Shown in pieces: positions 37,710 through 50,200 of a DNA stretch of 64,000 bases. The position numbers were made by a program, and so were the translations under genes. The DNA comes from Lama glama (lineage: Eukaryota). The stretch's first letter is position 1. Each line of letters starts with the position of its first letter. Where the stretch lies: contig CM052817.1 of NCBI GenBank assembly GCA_028534125.1, forward strand, positions 7,318,001 through 7,382,000. Reading direction: 5' to 3'. Below the pieces are notes generated by a model. That model was not told the DNA's origin, did no database searches, and was given only the letters and a program-made list of their open reading frames with translations.

Positions 37710-38330
37710 AACACTTACTAGTGATTGCTGCACCGATCTAAGTGCTTTACATGTACTAACTCATTTCATCCGTACAACACGCCTGCTAGGTAGGCACCAC
37801 TACCATCAGCTCAGAGGTGGGAGCACTTGCGGGACTGACGCTCTTGCAACCTGATTCTGGAATCCTGAACCTTCGTTGTCATGCTGTAAGGTAGCCCAAG
37901 GGCTGGTAGTCAAGGATTTTGCATGATGTCATTAATAAGGACTCGAGGATTTAACCACAAAAGAGAGAATCGGGTTTCTTTTGGCAAGACAGCTCTGGCA
38001 GGAGTGTAGAAGACAGAGGAGAGAACGAAGTGTGATGGGGCGGACATCTTGTTATAAGGAGGCCGCGGACAAGCCATGGCATGGGCGTGATGGGGCTCAG
38101 GTCGGTGGGAACGAAGCAGAGGGCGCTGATTTAATGCATATTTAGAAAATAAAACTGATACCATTTGGGCAGCAAATGGATGTGGGTAATGAGCAGAGGA
38201 AAAAGGCAAGAACGTCTTTCAGGTTTTGGCACATGTGACAACATGGATGACAGTCCCCTTTAAGCATCATGAAGAAGGATTCAGCCAGTTCAGTCTGAGA
38301 AACACAGATGTTGAAGGATCAGTGGGGCAT
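37710..38330 (-). mobile_element. Adjacent MIR (about 37710-37890) and L2 (about 37900-38330) fragments
   Basis: MIR: ctaagtgctttacatgtactaactcatttcatcc.tacaac. L2: ctctggcaggagtgtagaagacag...aatggatgtggg...ttttggcacatgtgacaac. Confidence 0.7.
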
Positions 38331-38360
38331 TCGCAACAAAATTCCCAACGGGAGTCAAGC

Positions 38361-38483
38361 CCTTTCTTCCTTCCTTCTTTCTTTCTCTCTTTTCTTTCTT
38401 TCTCTCGTTCTCTTTCTTCCTTTTTCCCTTCCTTCCTCCCTTTCTTCCTTCCCTCCTTCCTTCCTTCTTTGCTTCCTTCCTTC
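38361..38483. repeat. (CTTC)/(CTTT) microsatellite
   Basis: Directly visible. Confidence 0.95.
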
Positions 38484-38659
38484 TAAGTCAAGTGTTTTTG
38501 AAAATTATTGCTATAGAGATATTTTCTTGCTTTGGGAGCTGTATCTCCCACGTCTTACCAACATTGTGAACTAAATTCTTCAGAACTAGACTGTCCTCGA
38601 GTGGGAGGATTCTGTCCGTCACGTACTTGCCTCCTCGTTCAGATGGCAGAGTTCATCTC

Positions 38660-38870
38660 AGGAGAGCACAGTCCTCAAATTAGCAAACCTGGGTTTGAAA
38701 ACCAGACATGTCACTTTTAGTTAGTTTGGTCACTTAATATTTTTGAGCCTCATTTCCTCTTTTGTAAAATGGCTGTAATAACATATATCTGGTAGTGTTC
38801 ATTTGGGGATTAAAAAACTAAGGCATAAAAAATTCTTAGTTGATGTCATGTAATAATCATTCAATAAATA
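38660..38870 (+). mobile_element. MIR SINE
   Basis: aaacctgggtttgaaa...gtcacttaatatttttgagcctcatttcctcttttgtaaaatggc...tcaataaata. Confidence 0.8.
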
Positions 38871-39439
38871 TTTAGCCAGTAACTATGAGCGTGCTGGTAA
38901 GTAATGTACGTGGATGTGTGGTACAATGCAGTTATTAAATGACTCTAACCAATTACTAACCATAATGGGAATTAAAATGCAATAAAAATATTTGTATAGA
39001 GATTCCCTCTGCCTAGAAATTTCTCACCTTCTCCATCACTCTGAGCAGTTCCAGTGGAACATCTGCAAGGTCTTTTTCCAATCTTCCTAGTTAAAATGAC
39101 TTGCTTTCTCATCTGCAGTCCCAGGGTAATTTTATAACACTTCTGTTACCATAATAGGCTAATTTACAATTATGCATGTGCTGAGAAGAGACTTCTAATC
39201 AATTCTTAGCTCCAAAAATATGAGTTATGCTTTATCCATCCTTAATTCTCCAATGACACCAAGGATACAGTTCAGTAAATGGGAGATTGGATAGGTTGAA
39301 TTCCTTGGGCAGAACCAGCTGCTCTAACTTGATCTTACTGAGAAAACTGCTCACAACGTGTTAAAAAACAATAGGAATGTTGCAGTGGCTTGATTTAGAT
39401 CACTGTAACAGATGTGTGGGTGAGTCTCCCGATCCACTA

Positions 39440-39650
39440 GCTATGTGCATGAAAGGGGCTTCTCCTTTTCTCAAAGTATGCATTTGCATAAAGAAAAATT
39501 AAGAGTTCTTTTGTTTGTCTCCATCCAGGCAAACAAATGCCTTTTGTTTTGCTCAGCTGGCAATATGTTGATGTTTTGTAAGTCTGCATTTATTGTCAAA
39601 CTGTCCCAAGGAAATAAAAGGTCAATACCAGTGCTTGGATATAAATGCTA
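39440..39650. promoter_or_regulatory. Candidate POU/SOX/MAF enhancer
   Basis: Octamer ATTTGCAT at 39482-39489, several SOX/FOX-like TTTGT(TT) or ACAAA sites and a MAF half-site TGCTCAGC in unique DNA. Confidence 0.25.
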
Positions 39651-42199
39651 ATAAAATATAGACTATTAATTAGCTCCTGTGTTGGGAATTTGTGTCATGT
39701 ACCCATAGAAAGAAAAATGTTGATCTGTACTACATTTTATGCTCTTATTCATAGCTTGTGTGTGTAAGAGTACAAATTGTATTAATCATTTAGGAAGGTA
39801 CATTGAATACATTTTTTATAATGTTAGCCATCCAGTGTTAATATTCTACAATATTTTCTTTCTTTTAATTTTAAGAGATCAACTAAAACATTAGAATTTG
39901 CATCACAGTCTCTTTAGATTACTAGTTCCAGCCTGATTTTCCTGTCCCTTAACCAAAGGTATTCATTAAAATGTTGTAATTTACATGTGCATCTGAAATT
40001 TATGCATGTGCCCACACGCACACACACTTATGACCAACTTGGTGTTTGCAGAATATTGGAAGAGTGCATAACAGGACTCATTTTCATTCCAGCTGTGGGA
40101 ACTTGGAAATATTTCTTATCCTCTGAATCTGTTTGTCTTTTTTATGAAGTAGGTAAATCATACTACCTACTTGAAGGCTATAAGGATATCATGAGAATTA
40201 TCAATATATGAATTCCTATGATGAACACACATATTAAGCACTCAGTGGATACTGGCTCTACATATAGCTTTGTGTATATTTAAATTCGTAAACATGTGAT
40301 TCATCAATTTTACTCTTTTGAATTCAACTTTAGTTTTGGAATCCTTTCAATGCTGGCGTCAAAGGAATACTTATTAATTAATGTATTACATTTAACTTAT
40401 ATATAGTGTCTCTCACACGAATACATTGTGTTTTATTTACTCATACTCTTTCATGGACATTTAGAATTTTTTATTTTAAAAATTATTTTAGAAACAATGT
40501 AAAAGGAAAAACATATTTATGATGACTCATAATTCAGCTTAAAATAGTGAACTTCAAGATTTTGCAATATATGTTGTAAAAATAAGAAGAAATATAAAGG
40601 AGAAAATGTTTCTAAATTGATGAGTTAAATTTTCAGAAGGTGGACAAGCAAGCCCCTTTGGCTTCTTTGGCTTGTGAACTGTCTTCACTGAGATACGTTT
40701 TTATGTCATCTTTAGCCACGTCTGAATCTGCTCTGCTACACATTCTCTGTGGTTTGACCCAGTAGCAAGGCAGCTTAGGATATCAGGAGTCTCAGCCCAG
40801 CCCTGACTAAATTAGCTGTGAAGTCACGTAGGTCACTGGAAGACCGCATTTCCTGTTATCCAAATGAGCGGTAACTGGTACATTAACTCTAGGCAATGGT
40901 TTTCTTTTACTTAATTTAATAATGACAAAAGATATAGCATCTTCAGAACACGCTTATGACACAATAATTCAGACGATTTGTGTAATAAATGATGAAAGGC
41001 AAAATACAAAATTGGTTATGTTTTAATTCCAAATGCACAAAAGTATCCCCCCCAATAATGAAACCGCTTACATAATGTGTTAACCGTTCAACATCAATCA
41101 ATTTCAGCTCGATTCTGGAACTAGAGTGCGCACAACAGGTAAGCATGGGTCTTGCTGGAAAAACTGCCAGTATTTGCAGTGGCAGAAGCAGTAATCAGAA
41201 ATCTCTATCTCAGGGTATTATGAAAGCATATTTATAAATATGTAAAATAAATACTAGAGATGAGTTATGATTATTAATATTTAGAGTGAAGAGAAGAACA
41301 TATTATTTGAATACATAATTTTCAGAAAGAAAGCAAAAAGGAAAACCAAATCCACTGGACTGATTTACTTATAACTACATATTTGCCAAGCAAATTAGAC
41401 TGATTACATTACAACCCTGATGATTTAAGATTATGGAATAAAATACATTATTGCATCCATCATTTCTCTCCCTGTAAATAACACTCTGAAACTTACAGAC
41501 ACAACATTAATCACACCTGATATTGAAAGCAATTTGTATTCAGAGATGCCTGAGTACACCACAAAGAATTTATCTTGCATCTGGTGGCGTGGATCAAACT
41601 GCAGTTCTGGTCTGCAAACATGAAGGTCCAAAAGTCATCATTCAGATACTCACTAAGATATGCAGAAGTCACAGAAGCATTTTACTGATCTTGTCTCAGT
41701 AAGAAATCACTTCTCACCATCTGTATCCTTGCTACCTTGGTCCAGACTACTGCCTGAATTATTTGAAAAGGTTCTGCTGTCTCTTTGTTCTCATCCTTGG
41801 TCTCCTATCATCCTCATACAGCTTTCAAAAATTATCTTATAGAAACATGGTCCAAAGGGCTGTAGGTGAGGCTATTCATACAACTTCATTGACTTTTCTG
41901 CTAAATACAATCAAATATACCAAAGTAAACATTTGTTAATTACCATAAAGGTTTGGAAGAGCTGAAAAGATAATGCAAAAACTGCCAGACAGGATTTTGG
42001 AAAATTGATTGCAGCCAGGGAGGTAGCCATACTTCTGGACATCAAACATACATTAGGGTGATTATAAAGACCACATGCTTGAACTGAGGTTGTATGATTT
42101 ACTGGAGTGATGAGGACAGAATTCCAGGCACAATGACTGTTCAACAAGGACAATCTTGTAGCCGCTTTTCCTATATTAAACTGAGAACACTTCCAGCAG

Positions 42200-42310
42200 G
42201 TACAACCACACAGGCTGTATACGGTACAACTCCAAGGTGGGAGAGGGTATGCCAACACACTACAGTGTAAACCGTGTCCCCTGAGGTTGTGCCGTAGACA
42301 GGATGCAAAA
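42200..42310. mobile_element. MER91-family (hAT-Tip100) palindromic MITE relic
   Basis: Inverted arms ctgtatacggtacaactccaagg / ccctgaggttgtgccgtagacag resemble the MER91 core GTTGTGCACTGCACAACTCCAGGGG...CCCCTGGAGTTGTGCAGTGCACAAC. Confidence 0.6.
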
Positions 42311-42829
42311 AACATAGGAAACAACCTTCCTGGGATTCCAAAAGGCTTCACCCACAGGATAAAGGTAAACTGGAATTTTAAAAATCCTAATGTAAATTCA
42401 AGCTACCGTAGATGTGGCTGCCATGATGCTGAACAAAGTAAGGGGGGAAAGGAAATGAAGACAAAAATGATTGTTTCCGAGAAGCTGAGTCCGCCCGTTG
42501 GCCTACGTGTGTATTGCGTGAGTATCTTGTGCCCATTATCTGGGTGTGTCTGGAAACATCTGTCAGGGCCTCTGTTCGTAGTGGCCTCCAAGTGGTGGCA
42601 TTTCCCCAGGCACCTCATGATAGCAAACACGGAGAGTCTGGAGGAGGGCTTGTTTACCCCAGCTTCATGAAGACCCCCCATTTTTTTTTCAAGAGGAATG
42701 TTTAGTACTTAGTCAGTGGTGTCCAGGCACTTGACGGAGGAAATATTTAAGAAACAGTGGGACCAACAGAACATGCCAACTTCAGGTCCTGGAATGTATT
42801 TACAGATGTGCATAATAAAGCGATAATGA

Positions 42830-43260
42830 TGTGGCAGACTAGTTGGATCAATGGCTCAGTCTTCCTCTGTCTGTGCCTGTTTTTCACCTTACAGTTCTTG
42901 TCATAAAAGGAAGAGTCTATTTCCCTATCCTTTGAGTCTGGGCTGGGCTTCTGGCCTTGCTTTGGCTAATGGAATGCATTAGAAATGGTGATGTGCCAAT
43001 TTCAAGTTAAACTCAACACTCAGTATATAGCTGCTTTCTTTCTTGCTCTTTATGATCACCTTGAGGATGGACTTTAGTGAACCTGCTGGAAAATGAGTCT
43101 TGTGGAGACAACCTGACAACCATAGTCAAGTTCATCTTAGATCGTCCAAAAACTAGCCCAAACTACAAATAGGGGAGCAAGCCCACATTAGACCAGAAAA
43201 AACCCAGCAAACTGAGCCCAGACTAAAATACCAACACGCAGACCTGAGAGCTTACTAAAC
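42830..43260 (+). mobile_element. MLT1F/G-type MaLR LTR
   Basis: tgtggcagact...agagtctatttccctatcctttgagtctgggctggg...ttgctttggctaatggaatg...gtgatgtgccaatttcaag...cccagcaaactgagccca. Confidence 0.75.
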
Positions 43261-43359
43261 TCTATTCCACTTTTTGATCTCTTGCCCCTCAGTTCTGAAC
43301 GTACCCCTTGAAAACTGCAGGAAATTGTTTTAAGCGTTTCTCCTTTACTACGAAAGCTT

Positions 43360-43385
43360 TGACTGTAGAGGGCGCTCTACAGTGA
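43360..43385 (+). promoter_or_regulatory. CTCF-like site inside a perfect inverted repeat
   Basis: ACTGTAGAG-GGCG-CTCTACAGT at 43362-43383 contains AGAGGGCGC, the CTCF core. Confidence 0.4.
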
Positions 43386-43689
43386 AAAAAGTAGCGCACA
43401 ATGTTACGCTTTCCTGGTAGAGCATGCTAGAGGGGTATTTCGGGAGGAAGAGGCCATTCTTCCTGATTGTGGGGGCAGTGTGGTTTCCACGGCTGGTGTG
43501 AGGATATGTCCAGAACACAGTCCCTCTGCACCCACGCAGCCCTGGGCTGGCCCAGTAATCATTTCATGTGCCCCACCCCCCAACAGGGACACTGGATACT
43601 CCTGGCCTGTGATGCTCAAAGGTGTCTCCGCTGTCTGTCTTAGTAAGTCCTTCCTTTTTCTATTCTCTTAAAGATGTTCTGTATTTTTT

Positions 43690-44180
43690 TCTAATATGTG
43701 TATAGAGGAGCGTGTGTGTGATTAAGCCATATCTAATTTACTTTAGTGTGTAACATGAGTTGATTATGTTATTATTTCATACGGAAAAGCAGCTACCCAA
43801 ATACTAATGTTAAATAAATGACAGTCTGTCCTTTCCCCACAGGTGTTTCTAGCAGGTTTCAAATTCCCGTAAATGCTTGAGTTCCCACTTCTAGGCTCTG
43901 TACCTCTCCTTGTGTATCTACCACTTTTCGGATATCACACTGCCTTAAACAGTACGGATTTCAAACTCAGTGTTTCGTAATGCAGATCTACTTTTCCTGT
44001 GTTCTCTCCTCTCCTCTAGAGTTATCATAGCTAATTTGAACCTTGATTTTTAATATAAATTTTAAATTCACTTGATAAATCAGGCGCCAAAGCATATGGA
44101 GGTTTTATTGAAACTGTTTCAAATGCATTATCAATCCAGGAAAAAGATGTCATATCTTGGTAAAATTGAGTATTTCAACA
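43690..44180 (-). mobile_element. Old L1M ORF2 fragment
   Basis: gtctgtcctttccccac...ttctaggctctgt...cacactgccttaa...tataaattttaaattcacttg...ttttattgaaactg...catatcttgg. Confidence 0.55.
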
Positions 44181-44896
44181 ACATTCTGTGACATTTGCCT
44201 CAAGGGTTAATTCCTCACAAGTGTGTGCTTGGCTTAGATCTTGGGTCACAGCAGGCAAGACCATGTGGTTGATGTAGCCTCACTTGGATCCAGTCACTGG
44301 TGGATGGACTAAACTTCAAGAACTTGTTGTAGGAAAAGCCAAATGAGTTGTTTCTAAAAATCCTTCTCCACCATTCCGTCATGTTTTCTTCCCTATACTC
44401 GAAAACATTTGTTTCATGATAGTCTCCTTAAAGTGAATTTTGATAGCAGAATTTATCCACCTGACCAACACTACTCTTATTATTTATCAAATTCTTACTA
44501 AGGGACAAACACAATGTAAAATGTTTCAAGTGTGTTTGCTCATGCAGTTTGCACAAAAACATTATAAAATAGGACCGGTGGTCAGGCATGCTCACAAGGG
44601 TAGACCTACTGGTTGTTAAAATATTGAAATGCTTCCATTACAAATCATAAACAGCTACTTCCTAAGTGTCCTGTGGTTTTTTTCCTGGTCAAATATGTCA
44701 GCGCTCTCAGGGCTCCCCACGATGCAGCAAATGAGAAGGTGCACCTGCCCAGCTGGGGCTCCAGTTACCCGCACCAGCACTGTAGCCAGCGTCCTTTCTA
44801 GGTAGTCAGGGCCTCTACTCTGCTACTCATTAATAATTTGGACATCACCCCTGGCACTGGGTATTTCCCCTGTCTCGTCCTATCAATATTCAGCAC

Positions 44897-45369
44897 TGTG
44901 GTGAGACCAGCCCTTGTGGTCCAGATGCTCTTCAGCAGTAACCATCAGGAAATTGTGAAAAAAATAAAGATTTACTACTTAGAAGACCTGGAAATTCCAG
45001 AGCACACCTGGGACCACACAGCAAAGTCACAGGCAGAGAGGGAGAGACAGAGACAGAGAAAGAGAAGAGGGCACAGGCCTGGGGTTCTACTTTTATTGGG
45101 GTCAAGGGTGGGGGCTCAGGGTTTCATGGGCTCCCTTTTCATTGGCAAATTTAAAACATAAGAGTAGGAATTCACAGTGAGAGAAGAGGGGGAAAAAAAA
45201 AGTTGCCAGATGATCAGTAATTAAAATTAACCAAGATCTCTAAAACAAAGGAGCCTTGGAGGGGGGAGGCTGGCAATGTGTTATTTGAGACAGCGCAGTC
45301 TTTGAAGCTGGTGCTTCTTTGAAATAGATGCCTCGACAGTGAAAGCTGAAATCGGGCACTCGCATTATT
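44897..45369 (-). mobile_element. ERVL solo LTR (MER76-like)
   Basis: ggcctggggttctacttttattggggtcaagggtgggg...aatttaaaacataagag...accaagatctctaaaacaaaggagcc...ggctggcaatgtg...gatgcctc...ggcactcgcatta. Confidence 0.65.
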
Positions 45370-46639
45370 AAAGACAAACAAACAAGCAAATGACCCAAAA
45401 CAACAACAAAAATCTTGTCAGGGATTATAGTACACTCCATTTTGCAAATGAGAAAATTCAAGTTTAGAAAGATACCTGGAACATTTGAAGTCATGCGACT
45501 TTTTGTTGTCAGACATAAAATTCAACCCAACTCTGTCGAATGAAACACAAGTCATTAGGTACAAATCGCAATCAGTTTATGCAAAGAATCGGCAGTCTCA
45601 CAGTCCTTTGAAAAAATGCCCCCCCCCCCTCACCTCAGGTCACAAACAGCATTGGGAACGATCTTAGATGACTGGCTCTGAAGTTTCAAACATTTATTTC
45701 TTAGACCCTCTGTCTTTCAATGTGTTTAGATACAGCCATAAAATATAACACATAGTCAAATTATTTATAAATTTCAACAGCTTTCAGATCCATTTGTTTA
45801 CTGATGTCCTTTAACCCTATAAATCATTTTGTCCAGCCTCGGAATAACAGGATTCATCAGCTACGTGTCAAAATTTCTTTACGTTGCCATCATTTCTTCT
45901 CTGAATGAAATATATCAGCTTTAGAATCACAGCTGGCTGCATGGAGCTGAGGAAACTAACATGGCCACAGCATCTCAGAATGCCACTCTCAAATAATACC
46001 AAATTTCGGTTAAACAAAAAGAACTGAAAAGATCACATTTCAAAGTATTTGAAACAATTATCTCTGACTATATTTTACTTCATTCAATGAATGCTTAATA
46101 AATTTTTCTGTAATCTAATATGCACAAAGATGATTATAGCAGAATAATTTATATTTGTGACCCAAAGTCCTTTACTTCTATAAAGCCTTCTGTACCAATT
46201 TAGGTAAAAGATTATGTATGTGACATTTGGAAGCTACAGCTGGTGATGGTCCCTATTGTATATGACGTTGGCTGGTCAACAGTGAAAGAAAATAGAGACA
46301 CGTAGAGAGAAATTGAGATTATCTTATAGTAGCTGTGTTCTGTGCGCGAATTTGTCCCTAAGTCTTAGGTAAGTCTTCGCTCTTATCAAAATTTGCTTAT
46401 GAAAACCATATTTAGATTCCATGAACCAAACTTACAACCTTTATTATGGAAGGCCCTGTGGCTAGAGAAGACTAAATGAGGGTAGAAGTAATAGGAGATG
46501 GAGTCAGAGAGATAAAGGGCGATCACATTTGGAGATGTCTTGAGGTCATGGTAATCCAATAAATATAAATTTAAGCACATCCATTTTCGTTATCATTATA
46601 AAAAGTACATTATATTACTGGCAATTGGGAGACAATCTT

Positions 46640-47060
46640 TGCATCCTTACAAATCGGTACTGCTAATTCAGAAAGCAAGTAACAAAATGCATGTGAAATT
46701 TAGAGATGTGTATACACATATTTCTGGATAAAGAGTTTCCATACAGTGGATCAGTGCCTTAGGTAATATATCCTAAGTACAAAATGGCAACAATCCAAGC
46801 AAGAGGAAAAGTAGTTCAGATCAAAAAGGGCAGTGGAAGGAGAAGTCATTACACTGGGTTGGTAGAGCTGCCAGAGTGTGTTGAGAAGCTGAATGTGGTG
46901 CTTACGATAAAAATAAGAGTCAAAAAGGACACCAAGATGTTTGGCTTTAACAACTGGGAGAATGGAGTTGCCCTTCACTGAGATGGAGAGACAGTAGAAA
47001 GGGCTGGTTTGGAAGAAAATATAAGTCGACCAGTTTTATACACATTAGTTTCAGATGCCA
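46640..47060 (-). mobile_element. L2 fragment
   Basis: ggcaacaatccaagcaagagg...aagagtcaaaaaggacaccaagatgtttggctttaacaactgggagaatggagttgcccttcactgagatgg. Confidence 0.75.
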
Positions 47061-47153
47061 GCATCCCTGTGCACCTGTCCTTAGCCACAGTCATCCATTT
47101 AGCTTTCCCTCCTGTCATAAAAAAGGAATCCTAGTTTCTACATTGGTCTCATT

Positions 47154-47290
47154 ATTTATTTAATTTTTTTTTTAATTTTGAGGGGAGGTAGTTAGGTTTA
47201 TTGATTTATGTTGACAGAGGCACCGGGGATTGAACCCAGGACCTTGTGCATGCTAAGCACATGCTCTATTACTGAGCTATGCCCTTCCCC
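47154..47290 (-). mobile_element. tRNA-derived camelid SINE (Vic-1 type)
   Basis: Reverse complement reads ggggaagggcatagctcagtaatagagcatgtgcttagcatgcacaaggtcctgggttcaatccccggtgcctc...aaacctaactacctcccc plus an A-rich tail; perfect 11-bp TSD ttggtctcatt at 47143 and 47294. Confidence 0.93.
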
Positions 47291-50200
47291 AACTTGGTCT
47301 CATTCTTGTGATGATGGTATTGTTTCACCTGAACACACATTATATAGACTTGGTGTTGGACATCATGAATCACTCTATGAAGCTACACACAGAAACTTCA
47401 CATCACAGCTGGAGTCAGACTATGTACAAATAGACATTTTCAAGAAGAAGAGAAAAGTAAGATTGTCTGGGTGCTTATTTAGTTTGCCCTGTCATTACAT
47501 CTCATAACAGTAATGTGAAATGTTCTTTTTTATACATAGTGAAATTGAGATGCAAAATTGTCGAGCAAAGTTGTTGCCCCAAATCACACAGAAAGTTATA
47601 CCTTTAGGTGAAAACATCATTTCCTTCAAATCTCTTAATTTCTGCTCTATCTTTTGATATGTTTATATCTTTGTGCATGAATCACTTTTTATTTCAAGTT
47701 GGTAATGGATGGGTTAATTCGGTGCTATTGTGGTGTATAAATCATCTAAGTAGAGCACATTTAAAAGGAGTCTGCAGCGCAAGTGCATCACATAAGGTGT
47801 TTTATCAATTTATTCATTCATCATGATAATTTTATTACTGCCATCACATTTCACAAAACTACATTATAGACACAAAGGTTGTATGTCAAGAATTCTTGTT
47901 TACTGAACTTTGGAAACAAAGCTGAAATAAATTAAATAAAAAATAATGCCTGGCTTATGTAATTAAATACAAAATAGTGACATAGGAAGGTAAAGAAACA
48001 AATAATGTACAAAGCAGGTATGTAGGAACATCTGGATCCACTAAAATGAACTCTCTCTCTCATCCCTGTACACAAGCATTATTCTTTTGAACAAAACAGC
48101 AGTTCCTTAACCTAACAATGAACAGCTTTGCCATCAGAGAGACTAAAATTTTTCCCCCGGACTCTAGTTCAGAAGTGTTTGGAAAGGAATTCTAATTGGC
48201 GTGTCTTGGTCATACGTTCACTCCCTGGTGGATTTGTTGTGGGCAAGAACCAGGTGTGCACGCAGAGGGTCCCTCCTAACTTCGCTGTTGGAGTAGAAAT
48301 TGGGGAGAGGAAACATAAAACAAGATCTTTTCCTTGTGATATGAATGATTACAAAAATTATATGAGTAATAAATGGTGGCGCTGAGATCTCAGACCTTTG
48401 TATCTTCTAAAATCAAGTCTCTAAACTTCAGCCTACTGCATTTTAACTGCTGCTCCTTGGAGAAAAGTGTGTGAAAGAAAAGTCCCTGATTTTTCCCCTG
48501 TTTCAAGTAAACGTATCTTTTCTATCCTTTCCCAAATGTTTAAATGAATAATTTGTTGAATCTCTGTAGGCTCTTTTCATATAAACTCACAAAGCAGGAA
48601 GAAAAGAGAACTTGGGTAAGACCATGTATTCAGATCTGAGTTTCAAACTATGTGAAAATTTAAAACATTTCCAATTAAGGAACAGATCATGTCACCCAAA
48701 GATTATAGTTTTTAAAGTACTCTACTTCTTTGCTTGCACAACCTTTAGACTTATAAAGCTTTAGGGGAAAAATACATAAATGTATGCCATGAACGACCAA
48801 AAAAGTTAGGGTTGTCATATTTGTATTGATTTTTACCTTTTTCATTCCTCCAGACACTGTTACAGAGACGACCACTTGGCAGACAGCTCAGAAAACCATT
48901 ATGAATATCTTTGACTAAAAGAATGTTTAGAAACTGGATTTTGTAAACACATTATCTGTACAATGTAATATATTTCATTAAGAACATTTTTTTACTGTTG
49001 GTTTTCTCATACACTGAAAAAGTGAACTACTTATTTGGATCATTTGAAAAAACAGACTTAAAAAAACTGCCATGGTTTAAAAATATATGTTCACTTATGC
49101 CCTAAAATAAACCTAATATGAATTTTGTGATGTAAGACAAAATTTGTAATTCATAATTCATTTTAATTAGGTAAATTTAGAATCAGCATGCTTGCCATAA
49201 GTGGCCAATAATGTGATTGAAAAAAATATTTAAGAGTCCCAGGTAGAGAATTATTTTATTCTTTAAAGATAAATGTTAATGGAAAACCTGGAGACAGGGT
49301 GGAAAAAACACTGCCTGCAACAGAAGGAGGCAGGGTTTCACCACAGGGTTTCACATCTGGTGTTGAGGTGACTCCTAAGAGCTTTGAATACTCTCACGCC
49401 CTCGCCTCACAGTTCTGGACATGTCAGCGTTGTGATCTCTGAGGACCACCTGCAGGTAACACTTCCCTGAGTGTTTAGCATGAGCTTACATATAGCAAAG
49501 GTCAAATTCCCATGAGCATCTGCAAACCTGTCCAGGATTTAAATGAGTCTCAAGTCCTGTCTGAGGTTCAGAGAGGCAACAGGATTTGATTTCCATCTCA
49601 GGGCAAAAACATATGAATTAGGATTAAAGCTTGGAGTTTCTGATTCCAAAATAAGGCCATTTCACTATATCATTTTGTCCTTTTATATATGAGAAAAGAT
49701 CTACCTTTTATTACATGATTCTAATATCATAATAACAGAACTTAAAAGAGTATCCATCATAATATTTCATCATAATTTCTCGAAGAATTAGTAGTATATT
49801 GATGTTATTTGCTCTTCAATGAGGTTGTTCTTTCCATAGCTTGCTGTGTGTTGTAGATCCCTCCATCTGTTCTTCAAAAATAAAATACTGTGACCTTCTT
49901 ATCAGCAATAAGGGGTCATCTGTCTGTGCCCCTGGGACAATGCTGATGCATCTTGGATCTTATGCAGGATTGTCCGGGAGGTGCGAAGAACAGTGTCTAA
50001 ACTGCTTTCACCTCCATGGCTAGCCGTCATGGTTGTGATCACCAAGACAGATTACCTTGTGCCTACGTTGCTCTTATTCCTTAGATGAGTTCTCCATCTT
50101 GCTTTTCACTGAGCTGGGATAGAAGAAAGATTTATTGAGAAAAATAGTGAAAAGAATATAGAAGTAATGAAAAAGAAACAAATTATTAGGAACAGCTGTC

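Noticed and set aside
41911..42705. Cluster of overlapping 63-146 aa ORFs
   Set aside because: They overlap a MITE relic, resemble no protein I know and lack a consistent exon structure.
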